This document shows positions 19,428 to 30,527 of a DNA stretch of 64,000 nt, piece by piece. A program made the translations under genes and the position numbers. Under the pieces are notes generated by a model, which saw only the letters and a program-made list of their open reading frames with translations, did no database searches and was not told the DNA's origin. Position 1 is the first letter of the stretch. The number at the start of each line of letters is the position of its first letter. The DNA comes from Acidobacteriota bacterium (GTDB taxonomy: Bacteria; Acidobacteriota; UBA890; WLXD01): contig CBDFKD010000002.1 in the NCBI GenBank assembly GCA_965248695.1, positions 4,224,001-4,288,000 of the forward strand, written 5' to 3'.

Positions 19428-20792
19428 TCACCGTTGCCGAAGCTGCTCCATGAGATCGGTCAACCCTGGCGAGATCTCCACCGGGTAGACTTCCGGATCG
19501 CGCAGCCGCCGCACGCCTGCCGGGAGCCTGGCGACCTGATCTGCGGCGCGGGCGCGGATCTCCTCGAGCGCCGGCGCTCGCCGCAGCAACCGGCCGTTCG
19601 CCATGTACGGCTCGAGCAATGGCATGCCGGGAAGATCCTCGCTCTCGATCCCCACCGTGTCGCCCAGCGGAACGCCGTCATCGTCGTGCCGGCGCCACAC
19701 CTGCTTGTGTCCGGGCAGCGACACCTTGGCAGCGCTGAGCTTGATCACCGGAACCTCGGCGCCGGCGCCGTCCTGGCAGGCCACCAGCTTGTAGGTGCTG
19801 GAAAGCGTCGGCGCGTCGCCGCTGGTGCCCAGTTGCGTCCCCACTCCGAAACCGTCGATCCTGGCGCCGGCAGCCACCAAAGCGGCGATCTTGTGCTCGT
19901 CCAGATCGCCGCTGGCGAAGATCTTCGTGTCTTCGGCGCCGCCGGCATCGAGAATCTCCCGGACCCCCACTGAGAGCGCTAGAAGGTCGCCAGAATCGAG
20001 TCGCACGGCGGCCAGGCGCTGGCCGCGCGAGGCAAGCTCGGGCAGCAGCTTCAGAGCGTTGCGCGCCCCTTCCAGCGTGTCGAACGTATCGATGAGCAAC
20101 GTCGGGTCGCTGGGGTAGGAGCGGGAGAACACCCGGAACGCCTCCTCCTCGTCGCGATGAAACATCACGAACGAGTGCGCCATGGTGCCGAAGATCGGGA
20201 TGCCGAACTGATCGTTGGCGAGCACGTTCGAGGTGCCGATGCAGCCGCCGATGTATGAGGCCCGCGCCGCCAGCAACCCCGCTTGCGGACCGTGATCGCG
20301 GCGCGGGGAAAAGTCGACGACCGCTCTGCCGTCGGCGGCGCCGACCACGCGGGCGCCCTTCGAGGCGACCACGGTCTGAAACGTCAGCGTCGTCAGCAGG
20401 TAGGTTTCGAGAATCTGCGCCTCGATGATCGGCGCGGTGATGCGCAACAGGGGGCCGGGAGGGAAATAGACCGTTCCCTCCGGAATCGCCTCGACCGAGC
20501 CGGTGAAGCGCATCGAAGCCAGGTAGTCGACGAACTCCTGGCGGAAGTGTGCCGAGCCCTCCAGATACTCGAGGGCCTCGGGTCGGAATCGCAGATCGCG
20601 GATGTACGCCAGCGCCTGTTCCAGCCCCGCCGCGATCAGGTAACCGCGCTCCGGCGGCAGGACGCGCACGCTCAGGTCGAAGGTGGCACGTCGATCGACG
20701 ATATCGGCCTCGAGAAACGCCTGAGCCATCGTCAGCTCGTACAGATCGGTCGACAGCCCCATCCGTTCGACTGCCATGAGGGCGTGTTTCAT
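19428..20792 (-). CDS. pncB: Nicotinate phosphoribosyltransferase
   Basis: TDLYELTM, GTMAHS, LIDTFD, VRLDSGD, ASGDLDE, FGVGT. Confidence 0.95.
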   Translation of the reverse strand: MKHALMAVERMGLSTDLYELTMAQAFLEADIVDRRATFDLSVRVLPPERGYLIAAGLEQALAYIRDLRFRPEALEYLEGSAHFRQEFVDYLASMRFTGSVEAIPEGTVYFPPGPLLRITAPIIEAQILETYLLTTLTFQTVVASKGARVVGAADGRAVVDFSPRRDHGPQAGLLAARASYIGGCIGTSNVLANDQFGIPIFGTMAHSFVMFHRDEEEAFRVFSRSYPSDPTLLIDTFDTLEGARNALKLLPELASRGQRLAAVRLDSGDLLALSVGVREILDAGGAEDTKIFASGDLDEHKIAALVAAGARIDGFGVGTQLGTSGDAPTLSSTYKLVACQDGAGAEVPVIKLSAAKVSLPGHKQVWRRHDDDGVPLGDTVGIESEDLPGMPLLEPYMANGRLLRRAPALEEIRARAADQVARLPAGVRRLRDPEVYPVEISPGLTDLMEQLRQR

Positions 20793-20926
20793 CGGCGTCC
20801 GCGAGCATCCGTCTGGGCGTCGTGTCGGCGCCGGATTCGGGTGGGAAACCCTATGTTATGATGCGCGCCCTCGCCCGGCGCGGCAACGTGAGCCGGCTTC
20901 CGGGAGCTCACCTTCAGGAGGCAACA

Positions 20927-21133
20927 ATGGCGGACATCGCCAAGATTATCGAGGTCGTGGGGTCGTCGCCCAAGAGCTGGGATGAGGCGGCCGAGAACGC
21001 CGTTCGGACGGCGTCGAAGACAATCAACAACATCACCGGTGTCGAGGTCGAGCACATGACCGCCAAGGTCGAGGGCGGCGAGATCGTCAGCTACAAGACG
21101 ACCGTCAAGATCGCTTTCGGCGTTGGCGGCTGA
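20927..21133 (+). CDS. Dodecin-family protein
   Basis: 68 aa; KIIEVVGSSPKSWDEAAENAV...YKTTVKIAF; AGGAGG RBS. Confidence 0.9.
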   Translation: MADIAKIIEVVGSSPKSWDEAAENAVRTASKTINNITGVEVEHMTAKVEGGEIVSYKTTVKIAFGVGG

Positions 21134-21162
21134 GACCGACGCTAGCAACCGAACTCGTACAG

Positions 21163-21196
21163 GCCGTACCCGCTGCCAGGCGGCGGTGGGTACGGT
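21163..21196 (+). terminator. GC-rich stem-loop after dodecin (no U tract)
   Basis: GCCGTACCCGCTGCC-aggc-GGCGGTGGGTACGGT forms a 15-bp stem including G-U pairs. Confidence 0.4.
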
Positions 21197-21212
21197 CGTC
21201 GTGTATTGAGGT

Positions 21213-22616
21213 GTGATGCGCATCTCCTTTCATGGCGCGGCGCGTGAAGTCACCGGCTCCTGCCATCTGATCGAAACGACCGCCGGGCGTGTGCTACTGG
21301 ACTGCGGCATGATCCAGGGCGGCAAGGAACGGCACGAGCGCAACCGTGCGCCGTTCCCCTTCGACCCCGCCTCGATTGACGTGGTGTTGCTGTCGCACGC
21401 GCACATTGACCACTGCGGCCGCTTGCCGTTGCTGGTGCGCAACGGCTTCAAGGGACCGATCTACGCCACGGCCCCCAGCGTCGGGCTGGCCAAGATTCTC
21501 CTCGCCGACTCGGCACATATTCACGAGGAGGACGCGCGCTGGACGATCAAGCGGTTGGAGAAGCAGGGCAAGGACGCGTCAGGCATCACGCCGCTCTACA
21601 CGCAGAAAGATGCCACCGCCATCAACGATCAGTTCGTCAAGACCGAGTTCGATCGCTGGAACCCGCTGGAGGGCCTCGGTCGGGTGCGGTTCACGATGGC
21701 CGGGCACATCCTCGGCGCCAGCATCGTCGAGCTCGAGATCGAGGACGGCGATGATTGCCGGCACGTGACGTTCTCCGGCGACCTCGGGGTCGAGGGTGCG
21801 CGGTTGCTGTCGCGACCGGCTGCGGTCGAGGCGGCGGAGGTGATGATCCTAGAGTCGACCTACGGCAACCGGGACCGCGACCACGACGAGGATCCCACCG
21901 AGCTGCTGTACGAGATCATCAGCAGCACGGTGGCCAAGGGAGGGAAGGTGGTCGTGCCGTCGTTCGCGGTCGGCCGCACCCAGGAGATCCTGGCGCGCCT
22001 CAACGACCTGGTCGAGTCGGGTCGCCTTCAGGGAGTGCCGGTATTCGTCGACTCGCCGATGGCGGTTGAGGCGACGCGGCTGTTCACACGCTTTCCTGAA
22101 GCCTACGCGAAGGATGCGCGTCGGCTGTATTGCTCGGGCGACGAGCCGCTCGACTTCGCCGGCTTGAAGCTGGTGACCAGCGTCGACGACTCGAAGGCGA
22201 TCAACGAGAGTCGCTACCCGTCGGTGATCATCTCGGCGTCAGGCATGTGCACCGCCGGGCGCATCAAGCACCACCTCAAGAACAACATCTCCGACCCGCG
22301 ATCGACCGTGCTGTTCGTCGGTTATCAGGCACGCGGTACGCTCGGACACGTCATTCAGTCCGGCATCGACCCTGTACGCATCTTCGGTGACTGGTACCCG
22401 GTACGGGCGCGCATCGAGCGCATCTCCGGGTTCTCGGCACACGCCGATCGCTCCGGCTTGCTCAAATGGTTCAGTAGCCTTGGCGGTGTGCCAAAGCGTA
22501 CCTTTGTAGTACACGGCGAAGCGAAGGCCGCCGCCGCACTGGGGCGTGCCTTGCGAGAGCGGCACAGTGCGGACGTGGTGGTGCCCGAGCTCGGAGACGA
22601 CTTCGATCTGAGTTGA
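21213..22616 (+). CDS. MBL-fold beta-CASP ribonuclease
   Basis: LSHAHIDHCG, AGHILG, FSGDLG, ESTYG, FAVGRTQE, SASGMCTAGRI, FSAHAD, VHGE. Confidence 0.93.
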   Translation: MMRISFHGAAREVTGSCHLIETTAGRVLLDCGMIQGGKERHERNRAPFPFDPASIDVVLLSHAHIDHCGRLPLLVRNGFKGPIYATAPSVGLAKILLADSAHIHEEDARWTIKRLEKQGKDASGITPLYTQKDATAINDQFVKTEFDRWNPLEGLGRVRFTMAGHILGASIVELEIEDGDDCRHVTFSGDLGVEGARLLSRPAAVEAAEVMILESTYGNRDRDHDEDPTELLYEIISSTVAKGGKVVVPSFAVGRTQEILARLNDLVESGRLQGVPVFVDSPMAVEATRLFTRFPEAYAKDARRLYCSGDEPLDFAGLKLVTSVDDSKAINESRYPSVIISASGMCTAGRIKHHLKNNISDPRSTVLFVGYQARGTLGHVIQSGIDPVRIFGDWYPVRARIERISGFSAHADRSGLLKWFSSLGGVPKRTFVVHGEAKAAAALGRALRERHSADVVVPELGDDFDLS

Positions 22617-22661
22617 AGGTCGCAGATACATACCAACTGTTCACCCCAAGGACAGCTTGAG

Positions 22662-25600
22662 ATGGAACCGCACCAGCCGCGCACCGACTGGATGAACGAC
22701 CCGAAGAACATCGCCATCGCGCTGCTGCTCGTGACTACGGCATTGTTCGGCGCCACGCTGGCCCGCGAACGGCTTCCCGGAATGTTCGCGGCATCCACCG
22801 GCAGCGACGACGGGCTGCCGGTAGCGGTGCTCGATGTGGTGCTGGATCGCGAGGGCCTCGACTACCTCGACTTCCTGCTCGACCGCCCGGTCGGCGACGA
22901 TCGCGTCGGTGAAGTGCTCGGGCTCGATGCCGCCACCACCCGGCCGGCGATGGGCGGCGTCTGGCGCTGGGAGGGAGCCAGCGTGTTGCGCTTCGAGCCC
23001 TCCGGCGGGTTCGACATGGCGATGCGCTACGAGGTATCGCTGGTCGGTGAGCGCGTGCTCCCCGACGGTTTCTACCTCGATGGTAAGCGTACCTTCGAGG
23101 TAACGACGGACCAGTTCCAGATCGAGCGCATCGATCTGTACCAGGATCCGACGCCCGACGGGCAGGCGCTGCAGATCCGTGGGACGGCGCGCTTCAACTA
23201 CGACGTCGACCCCGAGGTGCTGGCCAGTCGCATGCGGCTGATCGACCCACTGCGCGGCGACAACGATCCGGTGCCGCTGCTTTTCGAGACCTACTACGCC
23301 AACCGCATGGTCGACTTTCGCAGCGAGCCGGTGCGCAAGGAGCGCGACGAGCGAGTGCTGCGCCTAACGGTGGACAGCAGCCTGACGCCCGACGTCGGCA
23401 ACGTGCCCCTGCCGGCGAGCTTCGAGACCGAGACGACGCTGGGGTCGAGCGAGAATCTGGCGGTCTGGGATGTCGTGCCGTCGCCCGGCGATCCGGAGAG
23501 CCGGCTGCGCGTGCGGTTGTCCTCGCAGGTCGAGCCCGAAGTGGCGGCCCGTTTCCTGGTGGTGGAGCCGGAGGTCGCCTACCGCGTCTCCGCCGAGCGC
23601 AACCAGCTCACGCTGACCGGCGATTTCCGCCCCGGCTCGGACTACACATTGAGGATTTCGGCCGGCCTCCCGGCGCGTGACCGCGCGGTGTTGCGTGAGG
23701 AGTTCGTTGCCGGCGTCCGCGTTCCCGATCTCGAACCCGGCCTCGACTTCGCTGCCCAGGGCATGTTTCTGGCGGCCAGCGGTAGCCGCGAGCTGGCCAT
23801 CGAGAGCGTCAACGTCGACCGTGCCACGTTGCAGGTCGAGCGCGTGTATCGCAACAACCTCTTTTATCTGTTCGACTCCTACGGCTGGATGGTGTGGGAC
23901 GCCGAAACGTGGGCTGGTAGCGCTGTCGCTCATGCGCTAGGCGACCGTGTCGCCGAGGTACCGCTGCGACTTGGCGGCCAGCGGAACCGTAGCCGCAGCG
24001 CGCCGGTGGACATCGGAGATTTCATCGATCCGGATGCTCCAGGGCTGTACCGGCTGGTGCTCGGTCGTCGCGGCAGTTATCAGGCCACGCAGCGCTGGGT
24101 TCTGGTCACCGATCTGGGAATCGTGGCGAAGCGCGGCGAGCGCGATTTCCTGGTGTGGGTCTCGTCGTTCGACGATCTGACGCCGGTTAGCGGGGCGCGC
24201 ATCACGCTGCTGTCCGATCAGAACCAGCCGATCGCCACGGGGTCGACGGACGGGCGTGGGATCTGGCATGGGCGCGACCTTGCGTCGCTGGACTCGGAGC
24301 GCCCCTACATGGTGATGGTGGAGCGCGGCAACGACTTCAGCTTCCTGCTGCTCGACGCCATGGGCGTCGACACCACCGGGCTCGATGTCGGGGGCAGCGC
24401 CTCGACGGCGGTCGGCTATCAGGCGTTTGCGTACGGCGAGCGCGATATCTATCGACCGGGCGAGACGGTGGAAGGCGTCGCCATCGTGCGCGACCGTGAC
24501 CTGCGCGTACCGCCGGCGATGCCGCTGCTGGCCCGGCACATTGATCCGACCGGTATGGAGCGGTCCACCTTCCGCCTCGATCTCGACGCCGACGGCGCGG
24601 CGCCATTCGTGCTCGAGGTACCCGGGTACGCCCGCACCGGCGGCCACGTGCTCGAGTTCGAGGCCGGCAACCGGGTCATCGGGCGGTATCTGTTCCAGGT
24701 CGAGGAGTTCGTTCCCGACCGCATCCGCGTGGCGATCGAATCCGACGACACGCAGTCGAGCCCGAGCGAGGAGCTCGAGTTTGGTGTCGAGAGCGCCTAC
24801 CTGTTCGGGGCACCGGCATCCGGACTGGCGGTCGACGCCAGGGTGCGACTGGAGCCCGTCGTGTTCGCGCCCGAGGGCTTCGAGAGCTATTCCTTCGTCA
24901 GCTCGCAGCGCGCCTATCCGGGCTCCGAGGTATTCGAGCGGCAGGGCGTGCTCGACGACGCCGGCGGCGTGACGATGCGTGCCGTGCTGCCGCGCGGGCT
25001 ACGCGTGCCGTCGTCGCTGCGGGCGCTGATCACGGCGCGCGTCCAGGAGCAGGGAGGACGCGGAGTCTCGGCGCGCCACGCCGTGCCGGTGCATCCGTAT
25101 CCGTATTACCTGGGTCTACGACGGGCCGGCGACGGTTACGCCGAGCCGGGTCAGGCCGAGCGCTTCGAGTTCGTGGCTGTCGATGCGCAAGGACAGCCAA
25201 CGAACGCCGGCGCCCTGCGCGCTGAGCTGTACAAAGACGAGTGGCAGACGGTCCTGCGGCGCACTCCGTCGGGCGCGTTCCGTTACGAGTCGACGCGTGA
25301 CGCGCGCCTGATCGCGTCGGTCGACATCGCCGGCGGCGAGCGCGGCGGCGGATTCTCGCTGACGCCGGAGCAATTCGGCGCATACCGTGCCGTGCTCACC
25401 GACCCGGTTGCCGGGTCGGCGGCGGAGGTTCAGTTCACCGCCAGCGGCTTCGGGTTCTCGCCGTGGGCGATCGCCAACCCCGCACGCATCGAGCTGGAGC
25501 TCGACCGTGACGAGTACCAACCGGGCCAGACGGCCCGCGTGCAGGTGCGTGCGCCGTTCGCCGGGCGGCTCATGCTGACGGTCGAGACCGGCGGTGTACG

Positions 25601-28092
25601 GGATATTCAAGTGATGCCGCTGACAGGCAACACCGCCACCGTCAGCGTGCCGATACGCGACGGCTATCGACCCAACGCCTACGTTACCGCCACGGTGGTG
25701 CGCGCCGCCGGCGATCTGCAGCCCGGCACTGTCGGACGGGCGTTCGGGGCGCTGCCGTTGCCGGTCGATCGCGCCTCGAATCGCATGCCGGTAACCGTCA
25801 CCCACGCGCCCGAGGTGCGTCCGGGACGCGAGGTCGTCGTCGACGTCAGCACGGCGCCGGGTGCCTTGTTGACCGTGGCTGCGGTCGATCAGGGAATCCT
25901 GCAGCTGATCGCACAGCGAACCGCGGACCCGTTCGAGTTCTTCTACCGCCGCCTGGCGCTCGGGGTGAGCAGCTTCGACACCTTCTCGCTGCTGTTTCCG
26001 GAGGTCGTTGCCGCTCAAGCCGTCGGTGGGGGAGCCCTCGCCGACGCGATGACGCAGTTCGCCAGCGCCGCCGGGATCCGCCGGGTCGAGCCGGTTGCTC
26101 TGTGGTCGGGTGTCGTCCGCGCCGACAGCCGTGGCGCAGCCAGGGTCACGTTCGACGTGCCGGATTTCCAGGGCGCGCTACGCGTGATGGCGGTTGCCCA
26201 CCGCGATCGCCGATTCGGCTCGACCGAGTCGACCCTGGTGGTGCGCGATCCGATCGTGTTGTTGCCTACGGTGCCGCGCTTCCTGTCGTTCGAGGAGACC
26301 GTGCGGTTGCCGGTGACGGTGCGCAACGACACCGGACGGACGGGAGCCATTCAGGTGGATCTGCGCGCCGCGCTGCCGTCCGCCGAGCCCGTTGTGCTGG
26401 GTCAGAGTGTCGAGGTGCCCGACGGCGACGAGCGCGTCATCTACTTCGACCTGGCGACGGGTACGGCGGCGGGGGTCGCTGACCTGGAGCTCACGGCTTC
26501 CGGCCTGGGTGAAAGCACCTCTACCTCGGCCAGCGTGCCGCTGCGTCCCGACCTGCCGGCGCGGACGGTCGAGACCACCGGCGCGGTGACCGCCGATCCC
26601 ACCCCGTTGCCGCAGCCGGATGTCTCCGAGCTGCGCTCCGGGGCTACCCGTACGCTGCGAGTCAGCGCCACACCGATGGTGCAACTGTCCGGGCGTCTCG
26701 ACTATCTGGTGCGCTATCCGTACGGCTGTCTGGAGCAGGTGACATCGGGGGCGTTCCCGCTGGTGTACCTCGGCGAGCTGGCGACAGCGACGTCGCCGGA
26801 TCTGTTCGCCGGCACCGACGGCCCGGCGGCGATGGTTCAGCAGGCTATCGGCAAGCTCGGCACGTTCCAGATGTTCTCGGGCGGCTTCTCGCTATGGCCC
26901 GGTGGTAGCAGCATGGATCCGTGGGCGAGCGTTTACGCGACACACTTTCTCGTCGAGGCGCGCCGCGCCGGGTTCCTGGTTCCCGATTTCCTGTACGACC
27001 GAGCGCTGCAGTTCGTTCGCAACGAGGTGCGGGCCCAGCCGGACTACGTACACGATGAGCTCCAGCGGGTGGTCTATGCGCTGTTCGTACTGGCACGCGC
27101 CGGCACACCCGACGTGGGCAGCATGGACTTCGTGCGTCAGCAACATGTCGCTGCTCTCGGCAGCGAGTCGCGGGCGTTGCTCGGCGCCGCGTACGCGGCG
27201 CTCGGAAATGCTCCCGCTACCAACGAGATGATCGCCGGTGTCACCGACGTGGCGCCGGTCAGGCGGCAAAGCGGCGGCAATTTCAACTCGGTGGTCCGTA
27301 ACCGGGCGCTGGTGTTGATGGCGTTGCTCGATGCGGCGCCGGACTCGGGCCGGGTGACCGACGTGGCCCGTCAGCTGGCGCGCGAGGCGGCGGCCGCCGA
27401 CCCATGGAACACGCAGGAGTCATCGTTCGCCTTGCTGGCGCTGGGGCAGTACTTCGCGCAGCAGTCGGCGTCGGCGGAGATCTCGGGTCGTGTCTACGCC
27501 GGCGACCGGATGCTGGGCGCCTTCGACACCGCGGGGGCCAACTTCCCGGAGATCGTCGGCGCGGAAGCACTGCGTATCGAGATGGACCCGGGCTATCAGG
27601 GCGGTGCGTTCTATTCGCTTCATACACGCGGCGTACCGACCGATGCGGCCTACCGCGCCGTGCAGCAAGGGCTGGAGATACGACGCACGTTCCTCAGCCG
27701 TGGAGGGCAACCGGTGGATACGGCAAGCGTTCGCCAGGGCGATCTGCTCGTGGTGCGTGTGCAGGTGCGCTCGACGTCCGGTCCGCTGGACAACGTCGTG
27801 ATCAAGAACCTGCTGCCGGCTGGCCTGGAGGTGGAGAACGCAACGCCTGGCGAGCACCGAGACCCTGCCGTGGATACGCGATGCGAGCTTCGTCGCCGAC
27901 CATGTCGACCTGCGAGACGATCGCGTGCTGTTGTTCGGGTCGCTACCGGATGGTGACTGGCAGACCGCCTATGCGGTGCTCCGTGCCGTCACGCCAGGTA
28001 CGTTCCGCTTGCCTCCCGTGCAGGTGGAGGCGATGTACGAGCCCAACCTCCGTGCGAGCTCTGAGCGGGGGTCGCTCACCGTCGTCCAATGA
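22662..28092 (+). CDS. yfhM: Bacterial alpha-2-macroglobulin (YfhM type), with one extra base near 27843
   Basis: ERDIYRPGE, VEEFVPDRI, thioester motif YPYGCLEQ. The shifted frame gives DHVDLRDDRV...RAVTPGTFRLPPVQVEAMYEP and stops at 28092, overlapping the pbpC start (ATGA). Confidence 0.92.
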
Positions 28093-30443
28093 GCCGCGCC
28101 CGGGTTCGGCACCGGATGGCCGCCGCGGTAGGGATGGTGGGACGGCATCGCCGGGTGAGCCTAGTCGGAGCCGCCGCGTTCGCCCTGGCGGCGTTGCTCG
28201 TGCTCGATGCCGCGTTCCCGCTGCCGCTAGGCGCGTTGCACCGCGCTCCGGCTCGCGTCGTGACCGACGCTCACGGCGTCCCACTGCGCATCTTCCTGCC
28301 GGCCGATGGACGCTACCGCATGCCGGTGCGACTGGCCGATGTTTCGCCGTTGATGGTGCGTACGCTCGTGGGCTCCGAGGACCGCTGGTTCTGGTGGCAC
28401 CCGGGCGTGAATCCGTTCGCCGTCGGGCGCGCCATGGTGACCAACCTGCGCGCCGGTCGGGTGGTGTCGGGGGCCTCCACCATCCCGATGCAAATCGCCC
28501 GACTGGTCGAGCCCAAGCGGCGCACGCTGGGCGGCAAGGTCGCCGAGGCACTGCGGGCCCTGCAGCTGGAGTGGTACGACGACAAGGAAGAGCTGCTCGA
28601 GCTGTACCTGAACCTCACGCCGTACGGCGCCAATCTGGAGGGCGTCGGGTCGGCAGCGTGGTTTTACTTCGGTAAGCGCGCCGACCAGTTGTCGCTCGGC
28701 GAGGCGGCGTTGCTGACAACGTTGCCCCGATCGCCGGTGGCCTACGATCCGGTGCGCCACCCTGCGGCGGCGACGCGTGCCCGCGATCGCGTTCTGCGTC
28801 AGCTGCTCGCCCGCGGTGTGGTAACCGAGCGCGAGGTACAGGATGCGCTGCTGCACTCCGTTCCGAGTCGTCGCCAGCCGGCACCCTTCGAGGCGCCGCA
28901 TTTCGCCCGCCTGGCGGTCGAACGGCTGCCGGCCACAGACGCCACGATACGCACCAGCCTCGATCTCGACACGCAGCGGGCTACCGAGCGGCGCGTGCGG
29001 ACGCGCATCGACTCGCTGCGGGCCGAAGGCCTCGGCAACGCGGCGGTAGTCGTTATCGACAACGCCACCCGCAGCGTGCGTGCCATGGTCGGCTCGGCCG
29101 GCTTCTTCGAGACCGCTCAGCAGGGACAGGTCAACGGCGCGCTGGCGGCGCGATCGCCCGGGTCCACTCTCAAGCCGTTGCTGTATGCGCAGGCGCTCGA
29201 TGCCGGGTTGATCGCCCCGGCGAGCTTCATGCTCGATGTGCCGACCGACTTCGCCGGCTACGTGGCAGAGAACTACGACGGCGAATACCGCGGTCGAGTT
29301 ACGGCAACCGATGCCCTGCGCTGGTCGCTGAACGCGCCGGCGGTTCGGTTGCTCGCCCGCGCCGGGTTGCGGGAGTTTCATCAGTTGCTGAATGCTGGAG
29401 GCTTGGCGACGCTCGACAAGCCGCCGTTGCACTACGGGCTGCCGCTGGTTCTCGGCGCCGGTGAGGCGCGGCTCGTCGATCTGGTCAACCTCTACGCCAC
29501 GCTTGCCGACGGCGGCATGCATCGTCAATGGACGCTCTCCGAGCAGACGCCTGCGAAGCCGACGAGGCTGGTATCGGCGGCGGCTGCGGCACTGGTGACC
29601 CGGGTGCTCGGTGAGGTCGAGCGGCCAGATATGCCGGCAGCCTGGGAGCTGACGCGTGACGTGCCGGCGGTGGCCTGGAAGACGGGCACGTCGTACGGAC
29701 ATCGCGACGCCTGGGCGATCGGGTTCTCGCGCACGCTCAGCATCGGAGTGTGGGTCGGGAACCTCGACGGCAGCGCCCAGAAGGGGATCTCGGGCGCTCG
29801 CCATGCGGGCCCGCTCCTGTTCGATGTCTTCCGTGCCCTGGAGTCGGCATCTGAGCTACCGCTTCCTGGACTCGAAGACGTTGCCGACGTGCGGGTCTGT
29901 GCCGAGTCCCATCAGCTACCAGGGCCCTTCTGTCCGCGGAAGACGCGCATCGAGGTGATTCCGGGGGTTACGCAGCTGCGGACCTGTGAGGACCATCGGC
30001 GTGTCTTTGTCGACACCGTCAGCGGTGAGCGCCTGAGCGGCGATTGCCTGGCCGACCGGCCGCATCGTGCTGTCGTGCTCGAGGTTCTCCCGGCCGAGTT
30101 GATGGCGTGGCATCGCGCCCAGGGTCGAGCGACCGGCACCATGCCGCCGCTGAGCGCCGCCTGTACGGGCGTACCGGGGGCCGAGCCGCCGCGCATCGTC
30201 ACCCCGGTTGCCGCCACGCCATACGTGCTGCGAGCCGAGGCGCCGCCGGAGCACCAGCGCATTGCGTTGACCGCCCAGGCGGCAGCGGGCGCCCGGCGCC
30301 TCTACTGGTACCAGGACGGCGCGCTCGTGGGCTCGGCGGAGCCGGGCAGCACGGTGTTCGTCAACCCGGAGATCGGTGAGCACGAGCTCGTAGTGGTGGA
30401 CGATTCCGGGCGCGCCGACGAGCTGCGCTATCGGGTCGAGTGA
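28089..30443 (+). CDS. pbpC: Penicillin-binding protein 1C
   Basis: EDRWFWWHPGVNP, GASTIPMQIAR, GSTLKP (SxxK), SLN, KTGTS; directly follows alpha-2-macroglobulin. Confidence 0.95.
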   Translation: MSRARVRHRMAAAVGMVGRHRRVSLVGAAAFALAALLVLDAAFPLPLGALHRAPARVVTDAHGVPLRIFLPADGRYRMPVRLADVSPLMVRTLVGSEDRWFWWHPGVNPFAVGRAMVTNLRAGRVVSGASTIPMQIARLVEPKRRTLGGKVAEALRALQLEWYDDKEELLELYLNLTPYGANLEGVGSAAWFYFGKRADQLSLGEAALLTTLPRSPVAYDPVRHPAAATRARDRVLRQLLARGVVTEREVQDALLHSVPSRRQPAPFEAPHFARLAVERLPATDATIRTSLDLDTQRATERRVRTRIDSLRAEGLGNAAVVVIDNATRSVRAMVGSAGFFETAQQGQVNGALAARSPGSTLKPLLYAQALDAGLIAPASFMLDVPTDFAGYVAENYDGEYRGRVTATDALRWSLNAPAVRLLARAGLREFHQLLNAGGLATLDKPPLHYGLPLVLGAGEARLVDLVNLYATLADGGMHRQWTLSEQTPAKPTRLVSAAAAALVTRVLGEVERPDMPAAWELTRDVPAVAWKTGTSYGHRDAWAIGFSRTLSIGVWVGNLDGSAQKGISGARHAGPLLFDVFRALESASELPLPGLEDVADVRVCAESHQLPGPFCPRKTRIEVIPGVTQLRTCEDHRRVFVDTVSGERLSGDCLADRPHRAVVLEVLPAELMAWHRAQGRATGTMPPLSAACTGVPGAEPPRIVTPVAATPYVLRAEAPPEHQRIALTAQAAAGARRLYWYQDGALVGSAEPGSTVFVNPEIGEHELVVVDDSGRADELRYRVE

Positions 30444-30527
30444 CGACCCGATATCAGCAGACCCGTGTGCCTGGCATCCCGGCTGATTTCGTCACCACGA
30501 TATGCAACGATCATCAGGTACAGGCCA

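Noticed and set aside
21213-22616. Beta-lactamase or anti-phage nuclease
   Set aside because: Motifs match the housekeeping beta-CASP RNase family.
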